DNA of 64,000 bases, taken from positions 16,533 through 80,532 of the forward strand of contig PBKD01000014.1 of the NCBI GenBank assembly GCA_002722055.1, written 5' to 3'. The DNA is from Rhodospirillaceae bacterium. Its GTDB lineage: Bacteria > Pseudomonadota > Alphaproteobacteria > SHVP01. The notes under the pieces were generated by a model that saw nothing but the letters and a program-made list of their open reading frames with translations, did no database searches and was not told where the DNA came from. This document shows, piece after piece, positions 1-9,924 of this stretch; within the stretch, counting starts at the first letter, position 1, and each line of letters starts with the position of its first letter. The position numbers and the translations under genes were made by a program.

Positions 1-1
1 C

Positions 2-682
2 CAGATGATGGCAAAAAGCATTGAAAATATGCTTAATTCTGAGGGTTTTAATGTTTTCACTACAGAATTTGGTGAAGAGGGTCTGGACTTAGGTAAACTT
101 TATGAATATGACGTGATTGTGCTAGATCTCAACCTACCAGATATTTCTGGTTTTGATGTATTAAGAAAATTGCGAAGTTCTAAAATATCTACTCCAGTTT
201 TAATATTATCTGGTTTATCTGAAACTGATGATAAAATTAGAGGATTTGGTGTTGGAGCAGATGATTATCTCACCAAACCATTTAATAAAGAAGAACTTAC
301 AGCAAGGCTAAATGCTATAGTTAGACGATCAAGAGGACACTCAAGATCTGTAATTCAAACAGGAAGATTGGTCGTAGACCTTGATTCAAAATGCGCAACT
401 ATTGATGATAAACAGGTAAACCTTACAAGTAAAGAGTATGCCATCTTAGAAGTTCTTTCACTTCGTAAAGGAACTACTCTCACAAAAGAAATGTTCCTTA
501 ATCATTTATATGGTGGAATGGATGAACCGGAAATCAAAATAATAGATGTTTTTGTCTGCAAATTAAGAAAAAAATTAGCTGCTATTTCTGGTGGGAACGA
601 GTTTGTAGAAACAGTTTGGGGTCGTGGGTATGTTTTAAGAGATCAAAAGGAGGTCTCACTAGAACAAGCACCTGCTGCATAA
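2..682 (+). CDS. ctrA: Cell-cycle response regulator CtrA (OmpR family), 5' end truncated by the window edge
   Basis: The protein matches CtrA across its full visible length (LDLNLPD...SGxx[14 protein letters not shown], [32 protein letters not shown], VWGRGYVLR). A receiver plus winged-helix layout is present. The alignment starts inside the receiver domain, so the true start lies upstream of position 1. Confidence 0.88.
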   Translation, partial: QMMAKSIENMLNSEGFNVFTTEFGEEGLDLGKLYEYDVIVLDLNLPDISGFDVLRKLRSSKISTPVLILSGLSETDDKIRGFGVGADDYLTKPFNKEELTARLNAIVRRSRGHSRSVIQTGRLVVDLDSKCATIDDKQVNLTSKEYAILEVLSLRKGTTLTKEMFLNHLYGGMDEPEIKIIDVFVCKLRKKLAAISGGNEFVETVWGRGYVLRDQKEVSLEQAPAA

Positions 683-686
683 TTTT

Positions 687-709
687 AGGGGTCTGTTTCT
701 CAGACCTCT
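687..709. terminator. Hairpin between convergent ctrA and chpT (8-bp stem ggggtctg/cagacctc with one G-U pair, 5-nt loop)
   Basis: The inverted repeat is visible in the sequence. The T-tract lies 5' and the A-tract 3' on both strands, so neither transcript receives a canonical U-tail. It is a structural element between convergent genes rather than a textbook intrinsic terminator. Confidence 0.3.
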
Positions 710-719
710 AAAATAAAAA

Positions 720-1334
720 CTACTTCTTATTTGCCTTATAAGTTACACTATTTGTTTGTAAAGACTTTTTAAACCTTAATTCTAGTTCGTTTGATAAAAG
801 ACACGCAAACACAAAAGGAGTAAATTTTGTATCTGGAATTTGATATATTGAGTTAGCATTTATTAAATTAAGAATTTTTTCATCATCAATAATTTTTTTA
901 CCTTTAAATTCTATTTCAAAATTATTTTTATTTTTATAAATAACCTTTATTTTGCCTCCAAATGGGAGAATTACTTTAGAACCATAAAAAAAACTCAAAA
1001 TTAACTTAATAAATATCGCATCATTTTCAACTGGAAGATTTTCTTTAGTCCATATTAATTCAATATCCCTCAATACCAAATATCTATTGGATACTTCAAA
1101 TACATCATCAAATATTAAATTTTCAGTTGTTCTGCCAAATAAAAGCCTAAGAAATTTGAGTTGGATAACTGATTGTTTAGAAGCTTTCGAAATAAAATTA
1201 AATTCTTCTGTATTACTAGCTATTGATTCTTCTGGGTTAATAAGATCTAATGTGTTATCAATAACACTTAGAGAGCCAGCTAAGTCATGAAAAATTTGGC
1301 TACATAGTAATGAAGAAAATTTAAGCTTATCCAT
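720..1334 (-). CDS. chpT: Histidine phosphotransferase ChpT
   Basis: The N-terminal HDLxxxLxAI..LDLL motif of ChpT/HPT-like proteins is present (IFHDLAGSLSVIDNTLDLI). The size is ~200 aa. It sits convergent to ctrA, as in many alphaproteobacteria. Confidence 0.7.
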   Translation of the reverse strand: MDKLKFSSLLCSQIFHDLAGSLSVIDNTLDLINPEESIASNTEEFNFISKASKQSVIQLKFLRLLFGRTTENLIFDDVFEVSNRYLVLRDIELIWTKENLPVENDAIFIKLILSFFYGSKVILPFGGKIKVIYKNKNNFEIEFKGKKIIDDEKILNLINANSIYQIPDTKFTPFVFACLLSNELELRFKKSLQTNSVTYKANKK

Positions 1335-1366
1335 TTATAAAATATACAATGAGTAAAGATTACTAA

Positions 1367-1540
1367 ATGATATACCCAGGAACTTATGTTATCAACAAAA
1401 AAAATACCGAATGGGGAATTGGACAAGTCCAAACTATAGTAAAAAATAAAGTTACTGTAAATTTCGAAAATGCAGGAAAACTTGTAATTAACACAGAGGT
1501 TATAAAACTTGATATAATTAACTTAAGTGAAAAAACTTAA
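1367..1540 (+). CDS. DUF3553-family small protein (57 aa), below the length cutoff of the ORF track
   Basis: Translation gives MIYPGTYVINKKNTEWGIGQVQTIVKNKVTVNFENAGKLVINTEVIKLDIINLSEKT. This fits the alphaproteobacterial DUF3553 consensus (G..V.H.....WG.GQVQS.....VTVNFE.AGK..I). Confidence 0.6.
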   Translation: MIYPGTYVINKKNTEWGIGQVQTIVKNKVTVNFENAGKLVINTEVIKLDIINLSEKT

Positions 1541-2143
1541 TTAAATATAGGCTCTTAATTTTTCAAGGTCCTTTTTTGTATTAACATTTAAAAATGAGTG
1601 AGCATCTATACTTTTTAGTTCTTCAACAATGCATGAATTTTTTTTTAAAAAATATTGAACCTTATATTCATCTTTTTCTAAATATTCTTTAAGTTGGTGC
1701 CTTAAGGATACATCCCATAAGGAAAATAGGGGCTGGATAATACCTTCATGACTTACACAAAATAATTTTTTACAAGAATTTATTTTTTTCATTTTCAGTA
1801 AAGTGTTAACAATATCATTAGGAAAAAATGGAACATCAACAGCGAAATACACTACATTATTAACATAACTGTGGTTTTGGCTGATCCACTCCAATGTTGA
1901 TAATATACCACCCAATGGACCTACCAACTGGAAATTTAAGTCTGGCACTATCGGGATTTTAAAATCTAAATTATCTGACTCATAGTTATTTATACTTAAA
2001 ATTAGTTTATCAACCTGCTTACTAGCCTTCCTTATCGCACGCTCAATTAGTGTTTCGCCATCAAGAGTTGCGAAAATTTTATCTCCACCCTCAAATCTAG
2101 AGGACTTCCCACCAGCTAAGAGTACACCAATTATTTCATTCAT
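1541..2143 (-). CDS. mobA: Molybdenum cofactor nucleotidyltransferase (MobA/MocA family)
   Basis: The N-terminal LAGGKSSRF nucleotide-binding motif is present. The ~200 aa size and the position next to moaA fit the family. MGD-forming versus MCD-forming specificity cannot be told apart by eye. Confidence 0.75.
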   Translation of the reverse strand: MNEIIGVLLAGGKSSRFEGGDKIFATLDGETLIERAIRKASKQVDKLILSINNYESDNLDFKIPIVPDLNFQLVGPLGGILSTLEWISQNHSYVNNVVYFAVDVPFFPNDIVNTLLKMKKINSCKKLFCVSHEGIIQPLFSLWDVSLRHQLKEYLEKDEYKVQYFLKKNSCIVEELKSIDAHSFLNVNTKKDLEKLRAYI

Positions 2144-2255
2144 GACATGTTAGTAAATTTAAGAATAGCATATATACTGCATAAAACCTTTTCTAGAATT
2201 TGATTAAGATTAAAATATATACCATAATGATATAATTTACATTAAGATAAAAATT

Positions 2256-3245
2256 ATGATAGATAAATTTGGAAGAAAAATAACTTATTTGAGACTGTCA
2301 GTAACTGATAGGTGTAATTTCCGATGCACTTATTGTATGTCAGAAAATGTAGAATTTCTGCCTAAGAAAGATCTTTTAACTTTAGAAGAATTAGAGACAA
2401 TATGTTCGGTTTTTATAGATAAAGGAATAAAAAAAATAAGAATTTCTGGTGGAGAGCCTTTAGTAAGAAAAAATATTATTCAATTATTTCAGAAATTAGG
2501 AAAAAAATTAAATACATCTAATTTAAATGAGCTGACCTTAACGACCAATGGAAGTCAACTAAAAGAATATTCTAGTTATTTATATGATTCTGGAGTTCGA
2601 AGAGTTAATATTTCTCTAGATACCCTTGATGAAAAAAAATTTCATTTAATTACAAAAAAAAATAACTTCCAGTCAGTTTTTGAAGGAATAAAAGCAGCAA
2701 AAAAATCTAACTTAAAAATTAAAATTAATACTGTTGCCCTAAAAGGTATTAATGATGATGAGATAAATAATTTAATATCATGGTGTGGTGACAATCAATT
2801 TGATCTAACTTTAATTGAAACTATGCCCCTAGGTGATACAGATATTCTAAGATCAAATAATTATCTTTCTCTATCAACAGTGAAAAAAGAGTTAATGAAT
2901 AAGTGGACAATGGAAGATATAAATTTTAGTTCAGGAGGTCCTGCTAAATACTCATACATAAAAGAAGCAAAAATTAAACTAGGAATGATTACACCAATGT
3001 CAAATAATTTTTGCTCCAGTTGCAATAGAATTAGAGTTACATGTACTGGAAAAATATATATGTGTCTCGGTCAGAATAACTCTGTTGACCTGAAAAAAGC
3101 TCTTAGGTCCCAAAAAAGCTATCATTCTTTAGAAAATTTAATTGATCAATCTATTATTGAAAAACCTAAAGAACATAGCTTTACCACAAAAGAATTCTCA
3201 GGTTCGTCAATTATTGAAAGAAATATGAATGTTACCGGAGGATAA
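2256..3245 (+). CDS. moaA: GTP 3',8-cyclase MoaA (radical SAM)
   Basis: It has the LRLSVTDRCNFRCTYCM CxxxCxxC radical-SAM cluster motif and the C-terminal second-cluster cysteines (CSSCNRIRVTCTGKIYMC). Confidence 0.92.
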   Translation: MIDKFGRKITYLRLSVTDRCNFRCTYCMSENVEFLPKKDLLTLEELETICSVFIDKGIKKIRISGGEPLVRKNIIQLFQKLGKKLNTSNLNELTLTTNGSQLKEYSSYLYDSGVRRVNISLDTLDEKKFHLITKKNNFQSVFEGIKAAKKSNLKIKINTVALKGINDDEINNLISWCGDNQFDLTLIETMPLGDTDILRSNNYLSLSTVKKELMNKWTMEDINFSSGGPAKYSYIKEAKIKLGMITPMSNNFCSSCNRIRVTCTGKIYMCLGQNNSVDLKKALRSQKSYHSLENLIDQSIIEKPKEHSFTTKEFSGSSIIERNMNVTGG

Positions 3246-3277
3246 TTTATGTCCTTATTATATTTTGAGATATAAAA

Positions 3278-4051
3278 ATGATAAAAAAAAATAAATTGAA
3301 TATTTGTTTTCTTGCCAGCAACTCAAATGATGCAAAGAGTGCTTCAAAAAAACTCAAAAAGATGTATTCTGGTGTTTCCCCTTTAGAGGCTGACGTTATT
3401 GTTGCTCTGGGAGGTGATGGTTTTGCTCTATCCACTCTTCATAAATATATGGAAAAAAATATTCCTATTTTTGGAATGAACTGTGGAACAGTAGGATTCT
3501 TGATGAATAATTATAATGAAAGTAATTTAGTGGAAAGACTTAAAAAAGCTAAAGAAGTATCGTTACAACCTTTAAAAATGTTAGCTACAAAAAATGGAAA
3601 AAAAAGAACTGCTATAGCAGTTAATGAAATTTCTCTTTTACGCGAGACAAGACAAGCAGCAAAAATTAGAATTTCTGTTGATGGTATAGAAAGAATTGAA
3701 GAATTAATATGTGATGGAGTGCTTTTATCAACACCCGCAGGAAGTACTGCATACAACCTTTCTGCTCATGGGCCTATTATCCCTCTAGAGTCTGATGTAA
3801 ACGCACTTACTCCAATAAGTGCATTTAGGCCTAGAAGATGGAGAGGAGCACTTCTCCCAAAAAAATCAAAAGTTCGATTTGACGTTATAGAATCAAACAA
3901 ACGACCAGTAAGTGCAGTTGCTGACCATACAGAAATTCGAGACGTTACATCAGTAGAAATTGAGTTAGCAAAAAATAAAAAAATAAGAATTTTATTTGAT
4001 GCTGAACATAATTTAGCTGAAAGAATAATTAATGAACAGTTTATACCTTAG
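3278..4051 (+). CDS. nadK: NAD kinase
   Basis: The GGDG motif ([10 protein letters not shown]) is present. It also carries NCGTVGFL and the conserved NE..L.R..R and DG......[12 protein letters not shown] segments. Confidence 0.9.
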   Translation: MIKKNKLNICFLASNSNDAKSASKKLKKMYSGVSPLEADVIVALGGDGFALSTLHKYMEKNIPIFGMNCGTVGFLMNNYNESNLVERLKKAKEVSLQPLKMLATKNGKKRTAIAVNEISLLRETRQAAKIRISVDGIERIEELICDGVLLSTPAGSTAYNLSAHGPIIPLESDVNALTPISAFRPRRWRGALLPKKSKVRFDVIESNKRPVSAVADHTEIRDVTSVEIELAKNKKIRILFDAEHNLAERIINEQFIP

Positions 4052-4077
4052 TTCAGAATTTATTCTTTTTAAGTCTA

Positions 4078-5127
4078 ATGAAAATAAATATATCATTTAA
4101 AAAACTAATCTCATCTATAACTCTTGGTATCATCGGCGGAACTTTATTTAACTTCTTAAATTTTCCTTTAGCATGGATGATGGGGCCAATGATTTTCGTA
4201 ACATTAGGAGCTCTTTCTGGGGTTCCTGTTGAAATGCCAAACAAACTAAGATCTTTATTTATAAGTATACTTGGAGTAATGCTAGGAAGCGCTTTTACCC
4301 CACAACTTTTGGGACAGGCTAGCCAATTTGGATTGGCTTTTATAATCCAAATTTTATATATGTTTCTTGCAGGCTTAACTGCATATATTATTTTTAGAAT
4401 GCTTGGAAAATATGATAGGGTTACCTCTTATTTTTCATGTACTCCTGGAGGCTTGTCAGAAATGACGCTTTCAGGGGAACATTATGGTGGTGATACAAGA
4501 ATTATTTCAATTAATCATTCTGTCAGAATTTTAATAATTGTAACTATAATTCCATTTTATTTTAAATTTTTTGAAGGCATACAAGTTATTAATAATTCCT
4601 ATTTAAAATTGGAGGTGTGGGAATTTCTTGATATCTTACTTTTATCTGGCTGTGTTCTTATTGGATACCCGGTAGCAAATAAATTAAAACTGCCTGCGGC
4701 TCCGCTAATTGGGCCTATGATTCTCTCTGCATTGATTCACTCCCTAGGATTTACTGAAGCAAATGTTCCTGACCTTTTAATTTCAATTTCACAATTAATT
4801 GTTGGAACAGCACTTGGATGTAGATTTACTGAAAAAATATCACTAAAAGAAATGGTAAAGATAATATTTATAGCTATAGTATCAGCAATTTCCATGATAA
4901 CAGTAGCAGTTTTATTAACTTATATTTCAATAAATTTAATCCCAATTGATACCACAACTTTATTTTTATCTATAGCCCCAGGAGGTCTTGCTGAAATGAG
5001 CCTCATTGCCCTTGCTTTGGGGACTGGGACAGCATTTGTAACTGTGATGCACTTTTTTAGAGTATGTGTTGTGATGCTTTTTGGAGCAATAATATACAAA
5101 ATTACGATAAATAAGTTTAATCCATAA
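4078..5127 (+). CDS. AbrB-family (putative ammonia monooxygenase-like) duplicated-domain membrane protein
   Basis: It is 349 aa and polytopic, with an internal repeat (two PGGLSEM / PGGLAEM half-domains), as typical of PF05145. Confidence 0.6.
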   Translation: MKINISFKKLISSITLGIIGGTLFNFLNFPLAWMMGPMIFVTLGALSGVPVEMPNKLRSLFISILGVMLGSAFTPQLLGQASQFGLAFIIQILYMFLAGLTAYIIFRMLGKYDRVTSYFSCTPGGLSEMTLSGEHYGGDTRIISINHSVRILIIVTIIPFYFKFFEGIQVINNSYLKLEVWEFLDILLLSGCVLIGYPVANKLKLPAAPLIGPMILSALIHSLGFTEANVPDLLISISQLIVGTALGCRFTEKISLKEMVKIIFIAIVSAISMITVAVLLTYISINLIPIDTTTLFLSIAPGGLAEMSLIALALGTGTAFVTVMHFFRVCVVMLFGAIIYKITINKFNP

Positions 5128-5256
5128 TATAACCATAGAAAATATATATTTTTTAATTTTAGCCTTTCTAAAAAAATAATACTGTTTATTTTATCAAAAT
5201 ATAAGGTATCATAAAACGTATATTAGATTATTAATTATTTATTTCGGAGATATTAA

Positions 5257-7575
5257 ATGGGTCAATTTGGTGTAGGGCAAGCCATTAGAAGAAAAGAAGA
5301 TATAAGGTTACTTGAAGGAAAAGGTAGATATCTTGATGATTTACATTTTGAAAATCAAGCTTATGGAGCTGTTCTAAGATCACCTCACGCACATGCAAAA
5401 ATTAAATCTATTAACATAGAAAATGCCGTTAATTTAAATGGAGTTCTGGACATTATTACAGCCAAGGATTTAAAGGCTGATAACATTACTGGAATTCCAT
5501 GTCTTGCAAAAGTAGAATCACGTGATGGTCAGGATATGGCTAACCCTCTAAGACCAATACTCGCTGAAGATTATGTTAGGTATGTTGGGGATTATATTGC
5601 TTTTGTTGTTGCAGAAACTAAAGAAATAGCTAAAGCAGCTTTAGAATATATTGAAATTGATTTTGATATTCTTGATTCAATCACAAATCCTGTTGATGCT
5701 TCAAAAAATGATAGCCCAAGAGTTTGGGACAATTTAGATACCAATAGAGTTTTCGATTGGGAAAATGGAAATAAGGATAAGGTTGATGATATATTTAAAA
5801 ATTCTGAGCTTAAATCTGAAGTGCATTTAATTAATAATAGAGTAGTTGTAAATTCGATGGAGCCAAGGGGGGCTATAGGGCAGTTTGATAAAGATAAAAA
5901 TAAGTTTACACTTTACACTCCTAGTCAAAATGTTCATTTAATGAAAACATTAGTTTCTGGTTCATTGGGAATTGAGTCAGAAAATTTAAGAGTAGTTTCC
6001 CCTGACATGGGTGGTGGATTTGGTATGAAGGTTTTCATATATCCAGAACAAATTTTGCTTCCATATGCGTCAAAAAGAGTAAATAAAACAGTTAAATGGA
6101 CAAGTGATAGAAGTGAAGCTTTTATTAGCGATACTCAAGGCCGAGATCACGTAACTAAAGCAGAAATAGCCCTGGATAAAAATGGCAAATTTAAAGCTAT
6201 AAGAGTTAAAACAATTTCAAATATGGGCGCATACCTATCTAACTTTGCTCCAATGATTGCTACTCAAGCCGGCACAGTCATGTTAACAGGACTTTATGAT
6301 ATACCCGAGGCTTATGTTAATGTTTTGGGGGTATTTACTAATACAGTTCCTATAGATGCTTATAGAGGAGCAGGAAGACCTGAAGCATCTCACATAATTG
6401 AAAGGCTAGTAGATGTAGCCGCCAGCGATCATGGTTTTGCTAAAGATCAAATAAGAAGAATAAACCTCATACCTAATGAAAAGGTGCCTTATAAAACACC
6501 TCTCGGTCCAGAGTATGATTCAGGAAATTTTATAAAAAATTTAGAAGATGCCTTAAAAATATCTAAATGGTCAAATTTTTATGAAAGAAAAAAGGAAGCA
6601 AAGAAAAGAGGAAAATTTAGGGGTATCGGAATTGGTTGTTATGTTGAAGCTGCCGCAGGTGGACCTAATGAGGATGTAGAAATTATCTTTGAAGAAGATG
6701 GATCTGTATCAGTTCTTATAGGAACAATAGCTATCGGGCAAGGAATAGTTACATCGTACTCTCAGGTTTTAGAAGAATTACTAGGTATAGATTTTGAAAA
6801 AATAAATATAATTATGGGCGATACTGATAAAGTTGCCACAGGCGGAGGAACTGGAGGATCAAAGTCACTTATGCTTGGTGCTTCCGCTATGAAACATGCG
6901 TCTGTTGAGATTATAAATAAAGGAAAAAAAATTGCAGCACACCTTTTAGAGGCGTCAGAGGCAGACATCAATTTTTCTGATGGTTATTTCACAATCAAAG
7001 GAACTGATAAAAAAATAAATATAACTGATGTAGCCAAAACAAAGCAATCTGACCTTCCAGAAAACATTGATGCTTCTCTGAATACTAAAGCAAATTCTGA
7101 TGTAAGCAATGGAACATACCCTAATGGCTGTCATGTATGTGAACTTGAAATAGATGGAGATACTGGCCACGTAAAACTTCTTAACTATACAGTTATTGAT
7201 GATCTCGGAAAGGTAATTAATCCTCTTATAGTTGAAGGGCAAGTCCACGGGGGAATTGTGCAGGGATTAGGTCAAGTTTTAATGGAACATTGTATTTATG
7301 ATCATTCAAATGGACAATTGATAACAGGTTCATTTATGGACTATGCAATGCCACGAGCAGATAATGTTCCACCAAAAATATCACTAGGTTTCAATGAAGT
7401 CCTCTGTACTAAAAACCCATTAGGCATCAAGGGTGCTGGGGAAGCTGGAACTGTAGGTGCCTTAGGGTGTATTGTAAATGCTCTAGTTAACGCCCTTGAA
7501 GAATTTGGAGTCTCTCATATTGAAATGCCAGCTACACCAGAGTCACTATGGGGAATAATTAACAGCAAACAATAG
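5257..7575 (+). CDS. Molybdopterin-binding large subunit of the xanthine dehydrogenase / CO dehydrogenase family (form-II CoxL-like), copy 1
   Basis: It is 772 aa. It carries the N-terminal RKED.R...G.G.Y.DD motif, GGGFGMK, the AYRGAGRPEAS motif (form-II type, not the AYxCSFR of true CoxL) and C-terminal KGAGEAGT. Confidence 0.85.
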   Translation: MGQFGVGQAIRRKEDIRLLEGKGRYLDDLHFENQAYGAVLRSPHAHAKIKSINIENAVNLNGVLDIITAKDLKADNITGIPCLAKVESRDGQDMANPLRPILAEDYVRYVGDYIAFVVAETKEIAKAALEYIEIDFDILDSITNPVDASKNDSPRVWDNLDTNRVFDWENGNKDKVDDIFKNSELKSEVHLINNRVVVNSMEPRGAIGQFDKDKNKFTLYTPSQNVHLMKTLVSGSLGIESENLRVVSPDMGGGFGMKVFIYPEQILLPYASKRVNKTVKWTSDRSEAFISDTQGRDHVTKAEIALDKNGKFKAIRVKTISNMGAYLSNFAPMIATQAGTVMLTGLYDIPEAYVNVLGVFTNTVPIDAYRGAGRPEASHIIERLVDVAASDHGFAKDQIRRINLIPNEKVPYKTPLGPEYDSGNFIKNLEDALKISKWSNFYERKKEAKKRGKFRGIGIGCYVEAAAGGPNEDVEIIFEEDGSVSVLIGTIAIGQGIVTSYSQVLEELLGIDFEKINIIMGDTDKVATGGGTGGSKSLMLGASAMKHASVEIINKGKKIAAHLLEASEADINFSDGYFTIKGTDKKINITDVAKTKQSDLPENIDASLNTKANSDVSNGTYPNGCHVCELEIDGDTGHVKLLNYTVIDDLGKVINPLIVEGQVHGGIVQGLGQVLMEHCIYDHSNGQLITGSFMDYAMPRADNVPPKISLGFNEVLCTKNPLGIKGAGEAGTVGALGCIVNALVNALEEFGVSHIEMPATPESLWGIINSKQ

Positions 7576-7600
7576 TTTTAAATCTTACCACAGGTTAGTA

Positions 7601-9922
7601 ATGAAAGAATTTGGAATTGGAAAAAGAGTTCTAAGAAGAGAGGATGATAAGCTACTAACTGGTAACGGTCTTTATATGGGAGATATAAATTTTGAAGACC
7701 AGTTACATGCTTATGTTTTAAGATCCCCTCATGCTAATGCAAAAATTATTTCAATAGATACCTCCGTAGCTAAATCAGCTAGTGGAGTAATTGGAATATA
7801 TACTAATAATGACATAGAAATTGAACCCTTACCTTGCGCAGTTGACTCTATGTTTGAATTTAAAAAAAGAAATGGATCAAAAAGATTCTTTCCAAAACAC
7901 GACGTCTTAGCCTCTAAATTTGTGCGACACGTGGGAGACCCAGTTGCGATTATAGTTGCGAAAAGCCTTATTCTCGCCAAAGATGCAGCAGAATTAATTA
8001 CCGTAGAATACGAAATTCTACCATGTGTTATTGATCCTGAAGAAGCAATTAAAAATGATTCATATACTATCTACCAAGAAGAGGGAGCAACGGATAATAT
8101 TGCTTTCTTATTTAATCAAGGTAATAAGAATGCTATAGAAGAAATTTTTAATAAAGCAGACCATATCACTAGGTTTAAACATATAAACCAAAGAATAGTT
8201 TGTAATTCTATGGAGCCCAGAGGATGTATAGGTGTTTATCATAAGGAAAAAGATACTTATGAATTATATACAAACACACAAAGTGTATATAGAAATAGAG
8301 AAGTTTGTTCTAAACAATTAGGAATCAAAGAAGACCAACTCACCGTCATATGCCCAGATGTTGGAGGTTCATTCGGAATGAAAGGAATGCCTTATCCAGA
8401 ACAACCACTTGTACTATGGCTTGCTAAAAAAACAAATCATCCTATTAAATGGTATTCAGATAGAAGCGAAGCATTTTTATCTGATACTCAAGGAAGAGAT
8501 TTAGTAATTGACGCGGAATTAGCATTAACCAAAAATGGTAAATTTCTTGGCATTAGATCATATGCAATAGGAAATATGGGGGCTTATGCATCAAATTTTG
8601 GACCAATGATACTCTCTTTAGGTTCCACAAAACTTTTACCAGGTTGCTATGATATTCCAGAAATATATTCTGAAGTAGAAGTAGTAATCACAAATAAAGT
8701 CTTTACAGATGCCTATAGAGGAGCAGGAAGACCTGAGGCATCATTCACAATTGAAAGGTTAGTTGATAAAGCGGCAAAGGAACTAAATATAGATCCAATA
8801 CAAATAAGAAAATTAAATCTTATAAAAGAAAATCAAATGCCATTTACTGGACCTACTGGACTTGTCTATGACTCGGGTAATTTTGGGCTGAACTTACAAG
8901 ATTGTTTAGATAAATCTAAAATTGATTCATTTGAAAAAAGAAAAGAAAAGAGTGAACTTCAAGGGTATTTAAGAGGAATTGGTATTTCAGTATATATTGA
9001 AGCTACGGCTGGTGGAGTTCCTGAAACTAGTAAGATAGAAATAAACCCAGATGGAACTGTAGATGTTTATACCGGGGCTTTAGCTCAAGGGCAAGCACAT
9101 GAAACTACATTCTCACAAATTGTTGCTGATAAATTTGGAATTGATATTAACAAAATTAATTTTTTTCAAGGAAACTCTAATCTTTTAACAAAGGGAGGTG
9201 GAACTGGAGGGTCTCGATCTTCTTACTCAGCTGGTGGTGCAATTTTAGCAAGCACAAATAGTATTATAGAAAAGTCTAGATCAAAAGCATCTGATATTCT
9301 TGAAGTAAAACCTGAAGACCTAGAGTTTTATGAAGGAAATTTTATAATCAAAGGAACAGATAAAAAAATAAGTATATTTAATATTGCAAAACAATTTTTG
9401 GGTGAAGCAAGTAAAAAAGAAGAAAATAATAAACTCACATCATTTGACTCATACACATCTGAAGGTTCAACCTTCCCCAATGGTTGTCATATTGTAGAGG
9501 TAGAAATTGATCCAGAAACAGGGTTTTCTAAAATTGATAGATACACAGTTATTGATGATTTTGGGGTTGTTCTCAACCCAATGATAGTGGAGGGCCAGAT
9601 TCACGGTGGAATTGCCCAAGGAATAGGTCAAGCTCTTTTAGAAGATACTATTTATGATACTACTGGACAACTAATTACTGGTTCATTCATGGATTATACC
9701 ATGCCTAGAGCAGATAATATTCCTTCAATAGAAATTTCTATGAACTCATTTCCTTGTAAAACAAACTCTTTAGGAGTTAAAGGGGCTGGTGAGGCTGGAA
9801 CAACAGGCGCTACTGGTGCTGTAATTAATGCAATCATTGATGCCTTATCACCTTATGATATAAGTCACATAGAAATGCCTGCAACACCTCAAAGAATTTG
9901 GGAATCTATTAACAAAAAATAA
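7601..9922 (+). CDS. Form-II CoxL-like molybdo-oxidoreductase large subunit, copy 2 (tandem paralog)
   Basis: It is 773 aa and ~45% identical to copy 1 by eye. It has the same AYRGAGRPEAS, GGSFGMK and KGAGEAGT motifs and lies 25 bp downstream of copy 1. Confidence 0.85.
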   Translation: MKEFGIGKRVLRREDDKLLTGNGLYMGDINFEDQLHAYVLRSPHANAKIISIDTSVAKSASGVIGIYTNNDIEIEPLPCAVDSMFEFKKRNGSKRFFPKHDVLASKFVRHVGDPVAIIVAKSLILAKDAAELITVEYEILPCVIDPEEAIKNDSYTIYQEEGATDNIAFLFNQGNKNAIEEIFNKADHITRFKHINQRIVCNSMEPRGCIGVYHKEKDTYELYTNTQSVYRNREVCSKQLGIKEDQLTVICPDVGGSFGMKGMPYPEQPLVLWLAKKTNHPIKWYSDRSEAFLSDTQGRDLVIDAELALTKNGKFLGIRSYAIGNMGAYASNFGPMILSLGSTKLLPGCYDIPEIYSEVEVVITNKVFTDAYRGAGRPEASFTIERLVDKAAKELNIDPIQIRKLNLIKENQMPFTGPTGLVYDSGNFGLNLQDCLDKSKIDSFEKRKEKSELQGYLRGIGISVYIEATAGGVPETSKIEINPDGTVDVYTGALAQGQAHETTFSQIVADKFGIDINKINFFQGNSNLLTKGGGTGGSRSSYSAGGAILASTNSIIEKSRSKASDILEVKPEDLEFYEGNFIIKGTDKKISIFNIAKQFLGEASKKEENNKLTSFDSYTSEGSTFPNGCHIVEVEIDPETGFSKIDRYTVIDDFGVVLNPMIVEGQIHGGIAQGIGQALLEDTIYDTTGQLITGSFMDYTMPRADNIPSIEISMNSFPCKTNSLGVKGAGEAGTTGATGAVINAIIDALSPYDISHIEMPATPQRIWESINKK

Positions 9923-9924
9923 AA

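Noticed and set aside
683-719. ctrA/chpT hairpin as a canonical bidirectional intrinsic terminator
   Set aside because: The T-tract precedes and the A-tract follows the stem on both strands, so neither transcript would carry a 3' U-tail. It is kept only as a low-confidence hairpin feature.
1087-1290. 67-aa plus-strand ORF inside chpT
   Set aside because: It lies entirely within the well-supported minus-strand chpT CDS and has low-complexity composition. It is a typical antisense shadow ORF in AT-rich DNA.
2620-2640. A9-A10 and T10 homopolymers inside coding regions (moaA, nadK N-terminus, soxG, SDR N-terminus) as phase-variation sites
   Set aside because: Lys- and Phe-rich coding in a ~30% GC genome produces such tracts routinely, and all reading frames are intact. 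There is no evidence of slipped-strand switching from a single sequence.
3247-3435. 62-aa minus-strand ORF overlapping the nadK start
   Set aside because: It overlaps the conserved N-terminus of nadK on the opposite strand and shows no motif. It is a shadow ORF.
6762-7248. Two minus-strand ORFs (69 and 97 aa) inside CoxL-like copy 1
   Set aside because: Both are embedded antisense in a strongly conserved 772-aa CDS. Their hydrophobic, low-complexity translations are typical of the antisense frame of AT-rich genes.
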